From an uncultured Rickettsiales bacterium (GTDB lineage Bacteria > Pseudomonadota > Alphaproteobacteria > Rickettsiales > CAIJLX01): a stretch of DNA of 59,703 bases. Of the stretch, positions 1-10,532 are shown piece by piece. Both the position numbers and the translations under genes were made by a program. Under the pieces are notes generated by a model. It searched no databases. It was not told where the DNA came from and worked only from the letters and a program-made list of their open reading frames with translations. The stretch is taken from positions 53,443-113,145 of the forward strand of contig CAYPXJ010000001.1 in NCBI GenBank assembly GCA_964414595.1. Reading direction: 5' to 3'. Every line of letters begins with the position of its first letter. Position 1 is the first letter of the stretch.

Positions 1-23
1 CGTCAGATGTGTATAAGAGACAG
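1..23. other. Residual Nextera/Tn5 mosaic-end adapter at the contig edge (technical, not biological)
   Basis: Bases 1-23 read CGTCAGATGTGTATAAGAGACAG. This is the tail of the Nextera read-1 adapter: ...GCGTC followed by the 19-nt mosaic end AGATGTGTATAAGAGACAG. Confidence 0.9.
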
Positions 24-472
24 CTATAAAGCACATAACTTCCCCAGATTTTCCCTGGTGAAAAAGCCTGTGCCCGGTCTTCAACCCACGTAACATCTTT
101 CCGTCTGCGCACATATTTCAAAAAATCTTTCGCGGGAAGTTTCCCAAAATAATCCACCGCAACAACCAAATCCCCCTTTTTCACCTGCGCTTCTAAAAAG
201 CCGATATCGGGGGATAAATTTTCGTGGATAGGAAAAAATTTTACCGGCGTTTTTGCTTTAACAACCGCTTCTGCAAGGTCTTTGCATATATAGGCTGGCA
301 ACCAGCAGCATTTTGGTTTTTGATCCTTTATAAGCGCATAAAGCGCACTGCGTGCATTCTTATAATGCACGATTTTCTTTCGATTTTTCCAATGTTCATA
401 AACGGAAACGCTAGAAGAAAAATCAGGCAATTCCAAACCAAAAAATCCGCCGATTGGTTTGTAATTGGCCAT
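24..472 (-). CDS. DegT/WecE-like PLP-dependent sugar aminotransferase, N-terminal part only (runs off the contig)
   Basis: Manual minus-strand translation from ATG 472..470, which makes a TAATG overlap with the upstream gene stop. Product: MANYKPIGGFFGLELPDFSSSVSVYEHWKNRKKIVHYKNARSALYALIKDQKPKCCWLPAYICKDLAEAVVKAKTPVKFFPIHENLSPDIGFLEAQVKKGDLVVAVDYFGKLPAKDFLKYVRRRKDVTWVEDRAQAFSPGKIWGSYVLYS. It is open to the adapter, so it has no stop and is absent from the ORF track. The ..VEDRAQAF.. pattern is typical of this family. Confidence 0.6.
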
Positions 473-1590
473 TAAAAGAGCGACACAAGCTGGTTAACGA
501 TATACTGCACTTCGTCTTTTTTCATACCAAGCGAGAACGGAATCGCAATCGTGGATTCGGCCAGTTTTTCAGTAACAGGCAACGCGAACCGTGGGCAATC
601 TTTGAACGCTACTTGTTGATGACAACCTTTATACCACCATTTACGCGCCTCGATATTTTCTGCATTTAGCTGCTCGATCACCTCATTTGCGCGGCCAGCC
701 GGAAGGCGCACATTGCAGGTCGAATTTGCAAGCCCCTTATGCAAACGCACTTCAATACGCGCTTGCGGATGCTTGCCAAATTCTTCGAGATACCAGCCAG
801 CAAGTTCCAACAATTTGGCGCGCTTTTGCGGCCATTCATCAAGCGCGGCATGACCCACCGCCGCGGAATATTCGCTCATTTTAGAATTGATGCCCGGCAG
901 TTCGATCTCGCGTGAAGTCTTGAAGCCGAAGTTACTCATCTGCCGTGAACGATGAATCAAATTTCGATCTTTTGAAATAAGCAACCCACCCTCACCAATA
1001 CCAAATGTCTTGCTTGCGTGCATACTAAGTGCGAGTGGCACTTTATTAATTTTCATCACATTCGCCTGCAGCACAGAATCGAACGCCGCCGCCGCATCAA
1101 TAATCACGGGAATACCCGTTTCATCCTGAAATTTTTGCCATTTTTCGGTGTCTATCGGATAGCCAAACGCTGAAACGGGCATAACGCATGCCACCTTACC
1201 GGGAATATATTTAAGCTGTTCCTTCACCGCTTCTGGCTCTATCACCCAACTTTTTTCATCCACATCGACAAAATGCGGTACAAGCCCAACGGTCATTGCC
1301 GCCGCTGGTGTTGCCGCGAACGTCCAGGAGGGGCAAATGCACAATCCACCCTGCGGCAAATTCATCGCCCGCATACACGCCACGATGGAAGCTGTGCCGC
1401 TGGAAGTCGAAATAATTTCTGCCGGCTCAATACCGAACAGCTCCGCCATACGCTCTTCAAATTTCATCACCAGCGGGCCGAAATTCGCATACCAGCGATT
1501 TTTATCCACCTCTTGCATGTACGGCACAATTTTATCGACCGTTGGCAGCAGCGGTTTCATCACGGGGATTTTTTGTGCGGGGCGAACCAT
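472..1590 (-). CDS. DegT/DnrJ/EryC1/StrS family PLP-dependent aminotransferase (sugar aminotransferase)
   Basis: 372-aa ORF starting at ATG with an AGGAAA RBS. Family-typical blocks: WYANFGPL, TSSGTASI, VIIDAAAAF and SMHASKTFGIGEGG (PLP-lysine region). Confidence 0.85.
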   Translation of the reverse strand: MVRPAQKIPVMKPLLPTVDKIVPYMQEVDKNRWYANFGPLVMKFEERMAELFGIEPAEIISTSSGTASIVACMRAMNLPQGGLCICPSWTFAATPAAAMTVGLVPHFVDVDEKSWVIEPEAVKEQLKYIPGKVACVMPVSAFGYPIDTEKWQKFQDETGIPVIIDAAAAFDSVLQANVMKINKVPLALSMHASKTFGIGEGGLLISKDRNLIHRSRQMSNFGFKTSREIELPGINSKMSEYSAAVGHAALDEWPQKRAKLLELAGWYLEEFGKHPQARIEVRLHKGLANSTCNVRLPAGRANEVIEQLNAENIEARKWWYKGCHQQVAFKDCPRFALPVTEKLAESTIAIPFSLGMKKDEVQYIVNQLVSLF

Positions 1591-1619
1591 AGTTTTCCTG
1601 ACGTTTGTTTATAGCATAA

Positions 1620-3008
1620 TCACGCGGCTTTGCTCAAACCAATCGTAATTTTTTTACCTTCGATTTCGCCTTCGGCCTTAAAACCTTGCGGTGCAGCTTT
1701 TGCCGCGGAAGAAGCAAGCGTCTGCTCGGCGATATAATCTTTATACTGGTCGAACGCGGTAATCACATCTGCGTCACCTTCCACCTGCAACGTAATGCGA
1801 TCGGTAATGTTCAGATTTGCATCCTTGCGCGCCTGCTGAATCATCCGCACGAGATCACGCGCGATCCCTTCTTTACGCAGTTCCTCGGTAATTTCTAAAT
1901 CCAGAATCACCAGCGCATCGTTGGTAGAAAGAGCCTGCGCACCTTTGGGATTTTTAGGCGTAAGCGTGAGACTCGCTTCTGCCGGTTCCAGCACTTCGTC
2001 TGTTACCTGTACGCGTCCATCTGGCAATGCTTTCCAATCGCCCTGCTTTGATGCGGCAATCAGCTGCTTCATTTTCTGCGGCAAACGTTTTCCGACAATC
2101 GGGAAATTGATTTTTACATTAAAGTTTGCAACTCCTGATAAATCAGAAGAAAATTCAATCTCCTTCACATTAACTTCATTTTCTATGTACGATCTGGTCC
2201 CAGGTTCCATGCCTTTTTCAGGCATCCAGGACTGGCTATAGACCGTAAGTTTTCTTAAAGGCTGGCGCACTCGAATATTCTCAGCGCTTCTTATTGAGAG
2301 AGCAGCATTGCAAATATCAAGCGTACGACGAATTTCCGATATTCCTTCTTCGTTTCTCTCAAAGTTACTTACATCTGGAAAAAATTGTAAATGAACAGAG
2401 TCACAATCCTTACCTTTAAGACCTAAATAGATTTGCTCAGTAGTTAGAGGTAAAAGTGGAGCAAGTGCTTTGCACATTGTAACGAGAACCGTATACAACG
2501 TGTTGTAAGCTGCAATTTTGTCACCCCTTTGATAGTCGGGAGTATAAATCTCACGAAGCCCTTCTGGTAAAGTGTCAATAGTATAGCCTCTATCAATTAA
2601 AGCCTGTGCTAACCTTGGAACCTCGCCACTCTTCTTCCAAAATCGATCCCTATTTGCTCGAATATAAACATTATTTAGTAATTCAAAAAAACCTTGTGAA
2701 GTTTCACATGCTTTCGGAACGTCATATTGATCTAAAGATTGCTCAATAATCTCTACGGCTGTTCTGCACTCTCCTAATATGTACCAATCCATTCCATAGT
2801 CAGATTTATAAATTTCTTCCGCCTTCACGCCATCGGCATTCGCGTAAAGCGTAAAAAAATTATACGCATTCCAAATGGGTTTGATTGCCAGGCGCACCAT
2901 ATCACGGATGAATTTTCCTTCCGGGTCTACCGAAAGATCCTGCCCCCGCATCACCGGCGATGAAATCATCAGCCAGCGCAGCGCATCCGCGCCGAACTGG
3001 TCGATCAC
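1620..3008 (-). CDS. ileS: Isoleucine--tRNA ligase, C-terminal fragment (post-KMSKS region, anticodon-binding domain)
   Basis: The ORF-track start is a GTG. The reading frame is actually open and in frame up to 3044 (SKRLKNYKDPLEVIDQFGADALRWL...), directly after the TAG at 3045..3047 that ends the N-terminal fragment. Confidence 0.85.
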   Translation of the reverse strand: MIDQFGADALRWLMISSPVMRGQDLSVDPEGKFIRDMVRLAIKPIWNAYNFFTLYANADGVKAEEIYKSDYGMDWYILGECRTAVEIIEQSLDQYDVPKACETSQGFFELLNNVYIRANRDRFWKKSGEVPRLAQALIDRGYTIDTLPEGLREIYTPDYQRGDKIAAYNTLYTVLVTMCKALAPLLPLTTEQIYLGLKGKDCDSVHLQFFPDVSNFERNEEGISEIRRTLDICNAALSIRSAENIRVRQPLRKLTVYSQSWMPEKGMEPGTRSYIENEVNVKEIEFSSDLSGVANFNVKINFPIVGKRLPQKMKQLIAASKQGDWKALPDGRVQVTDEVLEPAEASLTLTPKNPKGAQALSTNDALVILDLEITEELRKEGIARDLVRMIQQARKDANLNITDRITLQVEGDADVITAFDQYKDYIAEQTLASSAAKAAPQGFKAEGEIEGKKITIGLSKAA

Positions 3009-3044
3009 TTCAAGCGGGTCTTTGTAATTTTTGAGGCGCTTGGA

Positions 3045-4985
3045 CTATTTCAGTCCCGTTTCTGCATCCAAAACGACGCCATGACAGATGCAATTTTTAA
3101 ACGGCGGTTTATCAAACAGCGCCGTCGAAAGCATAATGAGCGTATTAAACCAACCGCGCGTTTGGCCGACATATTCCGTAATAAAATCCGCCGGAAAATG
3201 CGATTCGAACCACTCTTTATTCTCAAATGGGTAATGCACTTGCGCGAACGGCATCGAGCCGGATTCGAACCAGCAATCGAACACATCCTCGACGCGTGTA
3301 TATTCTTCGCCACCTTCAGTAATAACAATTTCATCAATGAAAGGACGATGCAGATCCGTAATCTTTTTGCCGCTGGCTTTTTCGAGTTCGGCAATCGAGC
3401 CGAATACTTTTATCTTGCCGGATTTGCTGCGCCACACCGGAATCGGCGTGCCCCAAAAACGGTTGCGCGAAATACTCCAATCCGGCGCGGTCGCCAGCAT
3501 ATGACCCATCTGGCCATCGCGCACATGTTCGGGAATCCAGTTGATTTGCTTATTGAGCTCCACCGCGCGATCGCGGAATTTCGTCACCTCGACATACCAG
3601 CTCGGCAGCGCACGATAAATCAACGGCGTATCGGTACGCCAGCAATGCGGGTAATTATGTTTGATTTGCTCCTGCCTGATGAGCTTGCCAGACTTTTTTA
3701 GATGCTCGATAATGCGATCATTCGCGAGACCAAATTTGCTTCCGCCTGGCTCGGCGATCACATTGAGGCCTTTTAATTTCAAATCGGGCAGGTCATAAAT
3801 CTCGTCGGTGAATTTGCCCTGACCATCGACCGGCACGACAAGTTCAATGCCGTTTTTCTCACAGACTTTTTGGTCATCTTCACCAAACCCCGGCGCCAGA
3901 TGCACGATGCCTGTGCCCGAACCTTCTTCAATAAAACTTGCTCCATTTAATATTTTAAATGCCCCATGTTTATTCTGAAAATAAGGAAATAAAGGTTCAT
4001 ACTCCAAATTTAGTAAGCTACTTCCTTTAATTAAAGTTTTAAGAACTGATTTTTTCTCCTCTTTTACCGGTGTGTCGCCCCTCAATCCCGGTGGCGATCC
4101 AAAATAATCTAGATACTTTTCTCGTGCGAAATTACCTATTATTAAAACTTCATTATCATAAATCTGAGCTAGGTAATCCATATTAGGATCAACAGCCAAC
4201 GCAAGATTACTAGGAAGAGTCCAAGGAGTAGTGGTCCATCCCAGTAGCTTAAATGTAGAAAATGTACCTAATGTGCCAAGCTTTTCTTTAAATGTCTTAG
4301 GTAGATTTTTTAATTCAAACGCCACGGTGATCGCCTTATCCTCGCGCTCGCGGTAGGAATTATCCAGTTTCGTTTCAAAATTTGAGAGCGGTGTTTCCGC
4401 AGCCCACGAATACGGCATCACGCGATAGGCTTCATAGACCAGTCCTTTTTCGTAAAGCTGTTTGAACGCCCACAGCACCGATTCCATGAAATTAATATCC
4501 ATGGTTTTGTAATCATTTTTGAAATCGACCCAGCGCGCCGTACGGCTCACATAATGTTCCCACTCGCGCGTATATTTCATCACGCTGGTGCGGCAATGCT
4601 CGTTAAATTTTCCGATGCCGAATTGCTGAATCGCCTGACGGCCGGAAATGCCAAGCTCCTTCTCGCTGCCCATTTCGGCGGGCAGACCGTGGCAATCCCA
4701 CCCGAAGCGGCGCTCAACACGGCGGCCTTTCATCGTCTGATAACGCGCGACCAAATCCTTCACGAAGCCGGTCAGCAAATGCCCATAATGCGGCAGACCA
4801 TTCGCAAAGGGCGGGCCATCGTAAAAAATAAATTCGTTGGTTTTGCTTTCCTTTTTTGCCGGACGATTTTCAATCGACGTAGGAAATGTTCCCTGCTTCT
4901 GCCAAAGGCTGAGCACCTGCTCTTCGAGCTTGGCAAAATTCGGGTTGGATTCGACTTCCGGATAGAGGGGCGTGGATTTATTCAT
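3045..4985 (-). CDS. ileS: Isoleucine--tRNA ligase (type 2, eukaryote-like), N-terminal fragment ending at an in-frame TAG
   Basis: 646 aa with PPFANGLPHYGHLL (HIGH region), the editing domain and WISRNRFWGTPIPVW. It ends ...HGVVLDAETGLK-TAG, where KMSKS is expected. Confidence 0.9.
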   Translation of the reverse strand: MNKSTPLYPEVESNPNFAKLEEQVLSLWQKQGTFPTSIENRPAKKESKTNEFIFYDGPPFANGLPHYGHLLTGFVKDLVARYQTMKGRRVERRFGWDCHGLPAEMGSEKELGISGRQAIQQFGIGKFNEHCRTSVMKYTREWEHYVSRTARWVDFKNDYKTMDINFMESVLWAFKQLYEKGLVYEAYRVMPYSWAAETPLSNFETKLDNSYREREDKAITVAFELKNLPKTFKEKLGTLGTFSTFKLLGWTTTPWTLPSNLALAVDPNMDYLAQIYDNEVLIIGNFAREKYLDYFGSPPGLRGDTPVKEEKKSVLKTLIKGSSLLNLEYEPLFPYFQNKHGAFKILNGASFIEEGSGTGIVHLAPGFGEDDQKVCEKNGIELVVPVDGQGKFTDEIYDLPDLKLKGLNVIAEPGGSKFGLANDRIIEHLKKSGKLIRQEQIKHNYPHCWRTDTPLIYRALPSWYVEVTKFRDRAVELNKQINWIPEHVRDGQMGHMLATAPDWSISRNRFWGTPIPVWRSKSGKIKVFGSIAELEKASGKKITDLHRPFIDEIVITEGGEEYTRVEDVFDCWFESGSMPFAQVHYPFENKEWFESHFPADFITEYVGQTRGWFNTLIMLSTALFDKPPFKNCICHGVVLDAETGLK

Positions 4986-5112
4986 AAGGCGCGTATTTTA
5001 AGGAATTTCTGCGCAAGCGCAACGGTGTAAAAGTGAATCTCTGTCAAGCGTTTTAAATACTTGAAGAGAGCAAAAAACAGTCTCATAATTGTGAGAAAAG
5101 CTAGGGAAACCA

Positions 5113-5703
5113 ATGGCTACAGCCTATTCACCGCGTTATGTTTCGGAGCCTTCGCAGCGCTACGCGCGCCAGTGCGAACACCCGGGCTGTGTGGAAAACG
5201 GCCAGTTTCCTGCCCCTAAATCACGCCAGGCCGTCGAAGAAAACGCGCGCGATCGGTATTTTTATTTCTGCAAAGATCACGTGCGCGAATACAATAAAAA
5301 ATGGGATTATTTTAACGGGATGAGCAACGCTGAAATCGAACAATTTCAGCGCGATGCCGCGCTCGGTCATCGGCCTACGCAGCGCATCAGCCAGCACCGC
5401 GTGGCGGGCGAACGCGCGCATTATGATCTGCACGATATGGAAGACGCGCTGCATCGCTTTTTCCATTTTAACGGTTCAGCGAAAGCGGCTAATTCTCCAC
5501 GATTGCCGCAAAAAGAGCGCTGGGCACTCGGCATTTTTGATATGATTTTTCCCGTATCGCGCATGGATGTAAAAAAACGCTACAAAGAACTTGTAAAACG
5601 CCACCACCCTGACCGTCATCTGGGAGATAAAAAAGCGGAGGAGCAATTCAAGCAAATCCGCGAAGCCTACGATACGCTTCAAAAATCCGAATTTATCCTG
5701 TAA
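5113..5703 (+). CDS. J-domain protein (DnaJ-like, C-terminal J domain with HPD)
   Basis: The C-terminus MDVKKRYKELVKRHHPDRHLGDKKAEEQFKQIREAYDTL is a canonical J domain. The N-terminal Cys/His region is CEHPGC...FCKDH. Confidence 0.8.
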   Translation: MATAYSPRYVSEPSQRYARQCEHPGCVENGQFPAPKSRQAVEENARDRYFYFCKDHVREYNKKWDYFNGMSNAEIEQFQRDAALGHRPTQRISQHRVAGERAHYDLHDMEDALHRFFHFNGSAKAANSPRLPQKERWALGIFDMIFPVSRMDVKKRYKELVKRHHPDRHLGDKKAEEQFKQIREAYDTLQKSEFIL

Positions 5704-5712
5704 GTAACTCCT

Positions 5713-6693
5713 ATGACCAAAAAAGAGAAATCCGCGTCGAAAAGCGCCAGCAATACCGTTTCGGCAAAAACCTTGTTCGGCATCAGCAAGGATCTACAGG
5801 TTCCGAAACTCACATTGCAGAGCGAATATGTGCCCGAAATTGATGAGGCATATCAATTCCACGAAGCCACCACGCTCGCGATTCTGGCAGGTTTCATGCA
5901 CAACCGCCGTGTGTTGATTCAGGGTTATCACGGCACCGGCAAATCCACGCATATCGAACAGATCGCGGCGCGCCTCAACTGGCCCTGCATTCGCATCAAT
6001 CTCGATGGCCACATTTCGCGCGTGGATCTGCTCGGGCGTGACGCCATTGTCGTAAAAGATAGCAAACAAATCACAGAATTTCGTGAAGGCTTGATTCCAT
6101 TTTGCATGCAGCACGGCATTGCGCTGGTGTTCGATGAATATGACGCGGGTCGCCCGGACGTTATGTTCGTAATTCAACGCGTGTTGGAAGCACAAGGCCA
6201 TCTCACCCTCACCGAGCAAAATCGCGTGATTACCCCGCATCCCGATTTCCGGATTTTTGCCACCGCGAATACGATTGGCCTCGGCGATGCAAGCGGACTT
6301 TATCATGGAACGAATCCGATTAATCAGGGCCAGATGGATCGCTGGAGCATCGTTGCCACATTGAATTATCTTCCGCCGGCGGAAGAGGAAGCGATCGTGA
6401 AAGCAAAAGTTCCCGGCGCAAAACCTGCGGATATCAAAAAAATGGTCGCGCTGGCGAATCTCACGCGCGCCGGATTTATCGCGGGCGATATTTCCACCGT
6501 CATGTCACCGCGCACGGTTATCACCTGGGCAGAAAATTTTAGTATTTTTGGCGCACTCGCCGAAAGTTTTGCGCTGAGTTTTCTCAACAAAGTCGATATT
6601 TCCGAACGCTCCGTTATCGCGGAATATTACCAGCGCGCGATAGGCGAAGACCTGCCCGGTTATGCCAGTAAAAAATCCTCCATCGCTTCCTGA
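5713..6693 (+). CDS. cobS: CobS-type AAA+ (MoxR-like) ATPase / cobaltochelatase subunit CobS
   Basis: 326 aa with Walker [10 protein letters not shown], Walker B LVFDEYD and the tail typical of CobS. Confidence 0.85.
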   Translation: MTKKEKSASKSASNTVSAKTLFGISKDLQVPKLTLQSEYVPEIDEAYQFHEATTLAILAGFMHNRRVLIQGYHGTGKSTHIEQIAARLNWPCIRINLDGHISRVDLLGRDAIVVKDSKQITEFREGLIPFCMQHGIALVFDEYDAGRPDVMFVIQRVLEAQGHLTLTEQNRVITPHPDFRIFATANTIGLGDASGLYHGTNPINQGQMDRWSIVATLNYLPPAEEEAIVKAKVPGAKPADIKKMVALANLTRAGFIAGDISTVMSPRTVITWAENFSIFGALAESFALSFLNKVDISERSVIAEYYQRAIGEDLPGYASKKSSIAS

Positions 6694-8494
6694 TTCGGAA
6701 GAATTTCTACACGCAACATCGCTCGCCGCACGCGCGCTTTCGAGCGATACGGAATTTCGCGTCCGCATCCAAAAAGCGCATCCCATAACCGCGTACACCG
6801 TTGCAAATCCGCGCATTGAATTGCAGGAGGAAAGCGAGCACCTCGCCACGCTGACCATGCCCGATAGCGTCTCTACGCAAAAAGATCAGGCCTATATACG
6901 CGGCGCAACCGACTTTCTGGCGCTGCAAAAAAAATACCATTCGCGCGCGTTACAACATCGTCTCGAGCAGAGCACAGGTGAAGCGCAATCGATCCTGGAA
7001 AAAGCCGAAGAAGCGCGTGTAGAAATTCTAGGCGCGCGCGCAATGGCCGGAGTCGCCGCAAATCTCTCCGCGCGTTTAGAGCGCGAAATTTTGCCACTTT
7101 CGCCGGAAGGTCTTTCGCTTGCAAATGCGGTGGCGCTGGTCATTCGCGATGCGTTTTGGCCAGCTTCACTTCCGCCCGCGCTGAAAAAACTTGTGACGAA
7201 AGAAGCGAAATGGATCGCCGATAGTTTTGGCAAAGCCATCACAACGCTCGAACCGACTTTAGTAGATCAAAAGCAATTTTCGGAAACGCTCAAAAAACTG
7301 CTCGAGAAAATCGGCGTATTGAATTTTGCAAAACCAAAACGCGAACAAGATGTCTCGATGGAACGCCAGGGCACGGAAGATCCTATCGACGATAGCGAAC
7401 CGCTGGAAACACAAGCTACGGCTACAAATTCGCAAGATAGCAAAACGCCAAGCGAAGAAAAAAGCCAGCAGCAAACCGTGCCGCAACTTTCCGATAGCAT
7501 AGAACAAATTGAGGATGAAGAAGGCGAAATTGTCAGCGAGCGCAGGCAAACACCTACGGTTCCAACACTTAACTACCAAGCGTTTACAACGGAGTTTGAT
7601 GAGGTCGTCACACCGCAAGAAATTTGCACGAACGAAGAATTGCATCGCTTGCGAAGTCAGTTAGATAACCGTCTGCGTGATTTAAAAGATATCACCTACC
7701 ACCTCGCCGCACGCCTGCAGCATAAATTACTTTCCGCGGTTGAGCTTGCGTGGGAATATCAGCAGGAAGAAGGCTTGCTCGATACCGCGCGCCTGCCCCG
7801 CGCGATCATCGATCCCTATGTCACCCATATCTATAAGCAACATCGCGAAGTGCCGCATAAAAGTACCGTCGTTTCGTTGCTTCTCGATAACTCCGGTTCG
7901 ATGCGCGGTCGCCCAATTATGCTCGCCGCGCTTTCTGCTGACATCATCGCACGCACTTTGGAGCGTTGCCAAATCAAAACCGAAATTCTTGGCTTTACGA
8001 CGGTGGATTGGAAAGGCGGAAAATCGCGCCGCGAATGGGTTAAGCAAGGCGCGCCGCCAAATCCTGGCCGCTTAAATGATTTACGCCATATTCTCTACAA
8101 ATCAGCGGACCAACATTGGCGTATCGCGCGCAAAAATTTAGGCCTGATGTTGCGTGAAGGATTGCTCAAAGAAAACATCGATGGCGAAGCACTTTTATGG
8201 GCGCATCAACGTCTGGCAAAACGCCCAGAGCGGCGAAAAATTCTTATGGTGATTTCCGATGGCGCGCCGGTGGATGATTCGACTTTATCCGCCAATCACG
8301 GCAGTTATCTCGATACGCATTTGCGACAAGTGATTCGTCATATTGAGTCTCTGCATCAGGTAGAGCTGCTTGCGGTGGGCATTGGCCATGATGTAACCAC
8401 ACATTATAGTCGCGCGGTTACCATCAGCGATGTCGCGCATCTCGGCGATGCGATGGTCGATCAGCTGGTGGAATTATTTACGCTACGTCGATAA
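6662..8494 (+). CDS. cobT: CobT-type vWA-domain protein / cobaltochelatase subunit CobT
   Basis: 610 aa with an acidic central linker and a C-terminal vWA/MIDAS region ([11 protein letters not shown] ... [11 protein letters not shown]). The start is uncertain; the called ATG overlaps cobS by 32 nt. Confidence 0.8.
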   Translation: MPVKNPPSLPDSEEFLHATSLAARALSSDTEFRVRIQKAHPITAYTVANPRIELQEESEHLATLTMPDSVSTQKDQAYIRGATDFLALQKKYHSRALQHRLEQSTGEAQSILEKAEEARVEILGARAMAGVAANLSARLEREILPLSPEGLSLANAVALVIRDAFWPASLPPALKKLVTKEAKWIADSFGKAITTLEPTLVDQKQFSETLKKLLEKIGVLNFAKPKREQDVSMERQGTEDPIDDSEPLETQATATNSQDSKTPSEEKSQQQTVPQLSDSIEQIEDEEGEIVSERRQTPTVPTLNYQAFTTEFDEVVTPQEICTNEELHRLRSQLDNRLRDLKDITYHLAARLQHKLLSAVELAWEYQQEEGLLDTARLPRAIIDPYVTHIYKQHREVPHKSTVVSLLLDNSGSMRGRPIMLAALSADIIARTLERCQIKTEILGFTTVDWKGGKSRREWVKQGAPPNPGRLNDLRHILYKSADQHWRIARKNLGLMLREGLLKENIDGEALLWAHQRLAKRPERRKILMVISDGAPVDDSTLSANHGSYLDTHLRQVIRHIESLHQVELLAVGIGHDVTTHYSRAVTISDVAHLGDAMVDQLVELFTLRR

Positions 8495-9641
8495 TTTTTA
8501 TCTGATGCCCACGCGCGGAAAGTGAGATTTCACCGCGCTTCAACCGCAGCGCATCCTGCCCAAAAATATGAAAACGCCAACCGTGCATAGCCGGCAATTC
8601 GGAGGCCAGAAGCGTTTTTTCATCCCACGCCGCAATTTTAGCCAGATCGTCACTGCGCGCTATCATTTTTTGGCTCACCGCATGCTCTTCGCATTTGGCT
8701 TTCACCAAAACTTTTAGCAGATCCACCAGCGCGCCGGAAGCCCCCTGAACGCGTTCTTCGCGATCTAACGTTAAGTGTTCACGGCTCTTATGCGCCGACT
8801 CAAGAACTTCAAGAATAATGCCGCCGAATTTGCCTTCGATATTGTAGCTCTGCAATCGGCGCATCGTACGCATATCCTCGATTGTACGCGGTTGCGCTGC
8901 GGCAATTTCAAGCAAAACTTCATCTTTCAACACGCGCCCACGCGGCACATCTTTTTCCTGCGCTTTGGATTCACGCCATGCGGCCAGCGCCTTCACCGCC
9001 CGCAAAAATTTTTGATTGCCACCGCGCGTTTTAATCCGCTTCCACGCATTCTCTGGATCGACCGCATAAATCGACGAACTTTCGTAGCGCGCCATCTCTT
9101 CGCGCATCCATTCCTCGCGGCCTTTTTCCACCAGCTCAGCTGCAAATACTTGATAAACTTTACAGAGATAGGTCACATCCGAAAGCGCGTAGGCAATTTG
9201 CTCAGGCTTTAGAGGACGCTGCAACCAATCGGTAAAACGCGAAGATTTATCAATTTCCTTATCGCAGAATTTTTTTACGAGCGACGCATAGCTCATACTA
9301 TCGCCATAGCCTAAAACTTCCGCGGCGATCTGCGTATCGAAAATAGGTGTGGGCACTTTTCCGCGCGCCAAAAACATAATCTCTACATCCTGCGTGCAGG
9401 AGTGAAAAACTTTGAGAATTTTCTCGTCTTCAATCAAATCGTAAAAAGGGGTGAGATCCATCCCTTCTGCAAGTGGGTCAATCGCAAATGCTTCTACTTT
9501 GTCGCTGGCGAGTTGAATAAGCGCGAGCTTGGAATAGTAGGTTCGCTCACGCATGAACTCCGTATCGATAGCAATAAATTTCGCTTTTTTGAGCGGCTTT
9601 AGTGCCGCTTTCAGTGCTTCGTTTGTTGTAATTACCGTCAT
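8478..9641 (-). CDS. rnd: Ribonuclease D
   Basis: 387 aa with DEDD 3'-5' exonuclease motifs (IAIDTEF, HSCTQD, YALSDV) plus an HRDC-like C-terminal part. Confidence 0.85.
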   Translation of the reverse strand: MTVITTNEALKAALKPLKKAKFIAIDTEFMRERTYYSKLALIQLASDKVEAFAIDPLAEGMDLTPFYDLIEDEKILKVFHSCTQDVEIMFLARGKVPTPIFDTQIAAEVLGYGDSMSYASLVKKFCDKEIDKSSRFTDWLQRPLKPEQIAYALSDVTYLCKVYQVFAAELVEKGREEWMREEMARYESSSIYAVDPENAWKRIKTRGGNQKFLRAVKALAAWRESKAQEKDVPRGRVLKDEVLLEIAAAQPRTIEDMRTMRRLQSYNIEGKFGGIILEVLESAHKSREHLTLDREERVQGASGALVDLLKVLVKAKCEEHAVSQKMIARSDDLAKIAAWDEKTLLASELPAMHGWRFHIFGQDALRLKRGEISLSARGHQIKIIDVA

Positions 9642-10423
9642 AAATTCCCGAATTCTAACACAACCGGCGCATGGTCGGATGCTTTTTCTTTGGCACGAAA
9701 GGATGTGTCCACTGTAATGGACTGAAGTACGTCCGCAGCTTCCGGCGAGATAAGTGCATGATCGATGCGCAGACCTAAATTACGCTCAAATCCCCCCGCC
9801 CGGTAGTCCCACCAGGTGAATCCCATTTGCTCCGGATGCAGTGCACGGTAAGCATCAATGAGACCTGCCTGCGTGATGTCGCGAAGCAGTGCGCGTTCTT
9901 GCAGTGTGAAACAAACGGCACCTTCCATCGCGCGCGCGTCGTACACATCCTGCGGCCTCGGCGCAACGTTATAATCCCCGCAAATAACAAGCTTTTCTTC
10001 ATGTTGCAGCAACGTTTCGGCATAGCACTTAAGGCGGCTTAGAAAGCGCAATTTATAGGCGAATTTATCAGAACCCGCTTCCTGGCCGTTAGGAACATAC
10101 ACGCTTGCCACATGGAAAAATCCGGCATCGGTACGCACCTGCGCTTCAATATAACGGGATTCGAGATCTGTCTCTTCACCCGGCAACCCCGCGCGTATAT
10201 CTTCCAATGGAAATTTGGAAAGAATGGCCACACCGTTATAGGTTTTTTGGTAAGCACCGGCGATATTGTAACCGAGATCTTCGATTTCCATTTTTGGCAT
10301 TTGGTCTTCGGTGCATTTGAGTTCCTGCAAGCAGGCAATATCGATATGCGAGGATTTCAGCCACTCTAAGAGATGCGGTAAACGCGATCGAATTGAATTG
10401 ATGTTCCAAAAGCCTATGCGCAT
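9638..10423 (-). CDS. xthA: Exodeoxyribonuclease III
   Basis: 261 aa. [14 protein letters not shown]...CLQELK...GDYNVAP...RIDH...SDHAP are canonical EEP/ExoIII motifs. There is an ATGA overlap with rnd. Confidence 0.9.
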   Translation of the reverse strand: MRIGFWNINSIRSRLPHLLEWLKSSHIDIACLQELKCTEDQMPKMEIEDLGYNIAGAYQKTYNGVAILSKFPLEDIRAGLPGEETDLESRYIEAQVRTDAGFFHVASVYVPNGQEAGSDKFAYKLRFLSRLKCYAETLLQHEEKLVICGDYNVAPRPQDVYDARAMEGAVCFTLQERALLRDITQAGLIDAYRALHPEQMGFTWWDYRAGGFERNLGLRIDHALISPEAADVLQSITVDTSFRAKEKASDHAPVVLEFGNL

Positions 10424-10455
10424 TCGCTACGAGTTCTCCGATTATATTATCAGGG

Positions 10456-10532
10456 TGGTCGGGGCGAGAGGATTCGAACCTCCGGCCTCGTGGTCCCGAA
10501 CCACGCGCGCTACCAGGCTGCGCTACGCCCCG
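10456..10532 (-). tRNA. tRNA-Pro (anticodon CGG), CCA encoded
   Basis: Minus-strand sequence: CGGGGCG TA GCGC AGCCTGGTA GCGC G CGTGG TTCGGGA CCACG AGGCC GGAGG TTCGAAT CCTCT CGCCCCG A CCA. It folds by hand as a 77-nt cloverleaf. Confidence 0.9.

Noticed and set aside
24-472. Suspected frameshifted pseudogene at the left contig end
   Set aside because: My first-pass reading suggested internal stops. A base-by-base re-read showed one continuous minus-strand frame from ATG 472 to the adapter. It is missing from the ORF track only because it has no stop inside the window.
224-669. Plus-strand ORFs 224..475 and 454..669
   Set aside because: They are antisense to the two aminotransferase genes and are short, Phe/Arg-rich, with no RBS.
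3045-3047. Genome-wide reassignment of TAG to a sense codon, as an explanation for the ileS interruption
   Set aside because: TAG ends guaB (21327), the FabK-like oxidoreductase (16250) and ORF 24739..25662 at positions consistent with full-length proteins.
6662-6693. 32-nt cobS/cobT overlap as a sign of frameshift or gene fusion
   Set aside because: The two genes are in different frames and both products are full-length. The overlap depends on which cobT start is real, and a downstream alternative start would remove it.
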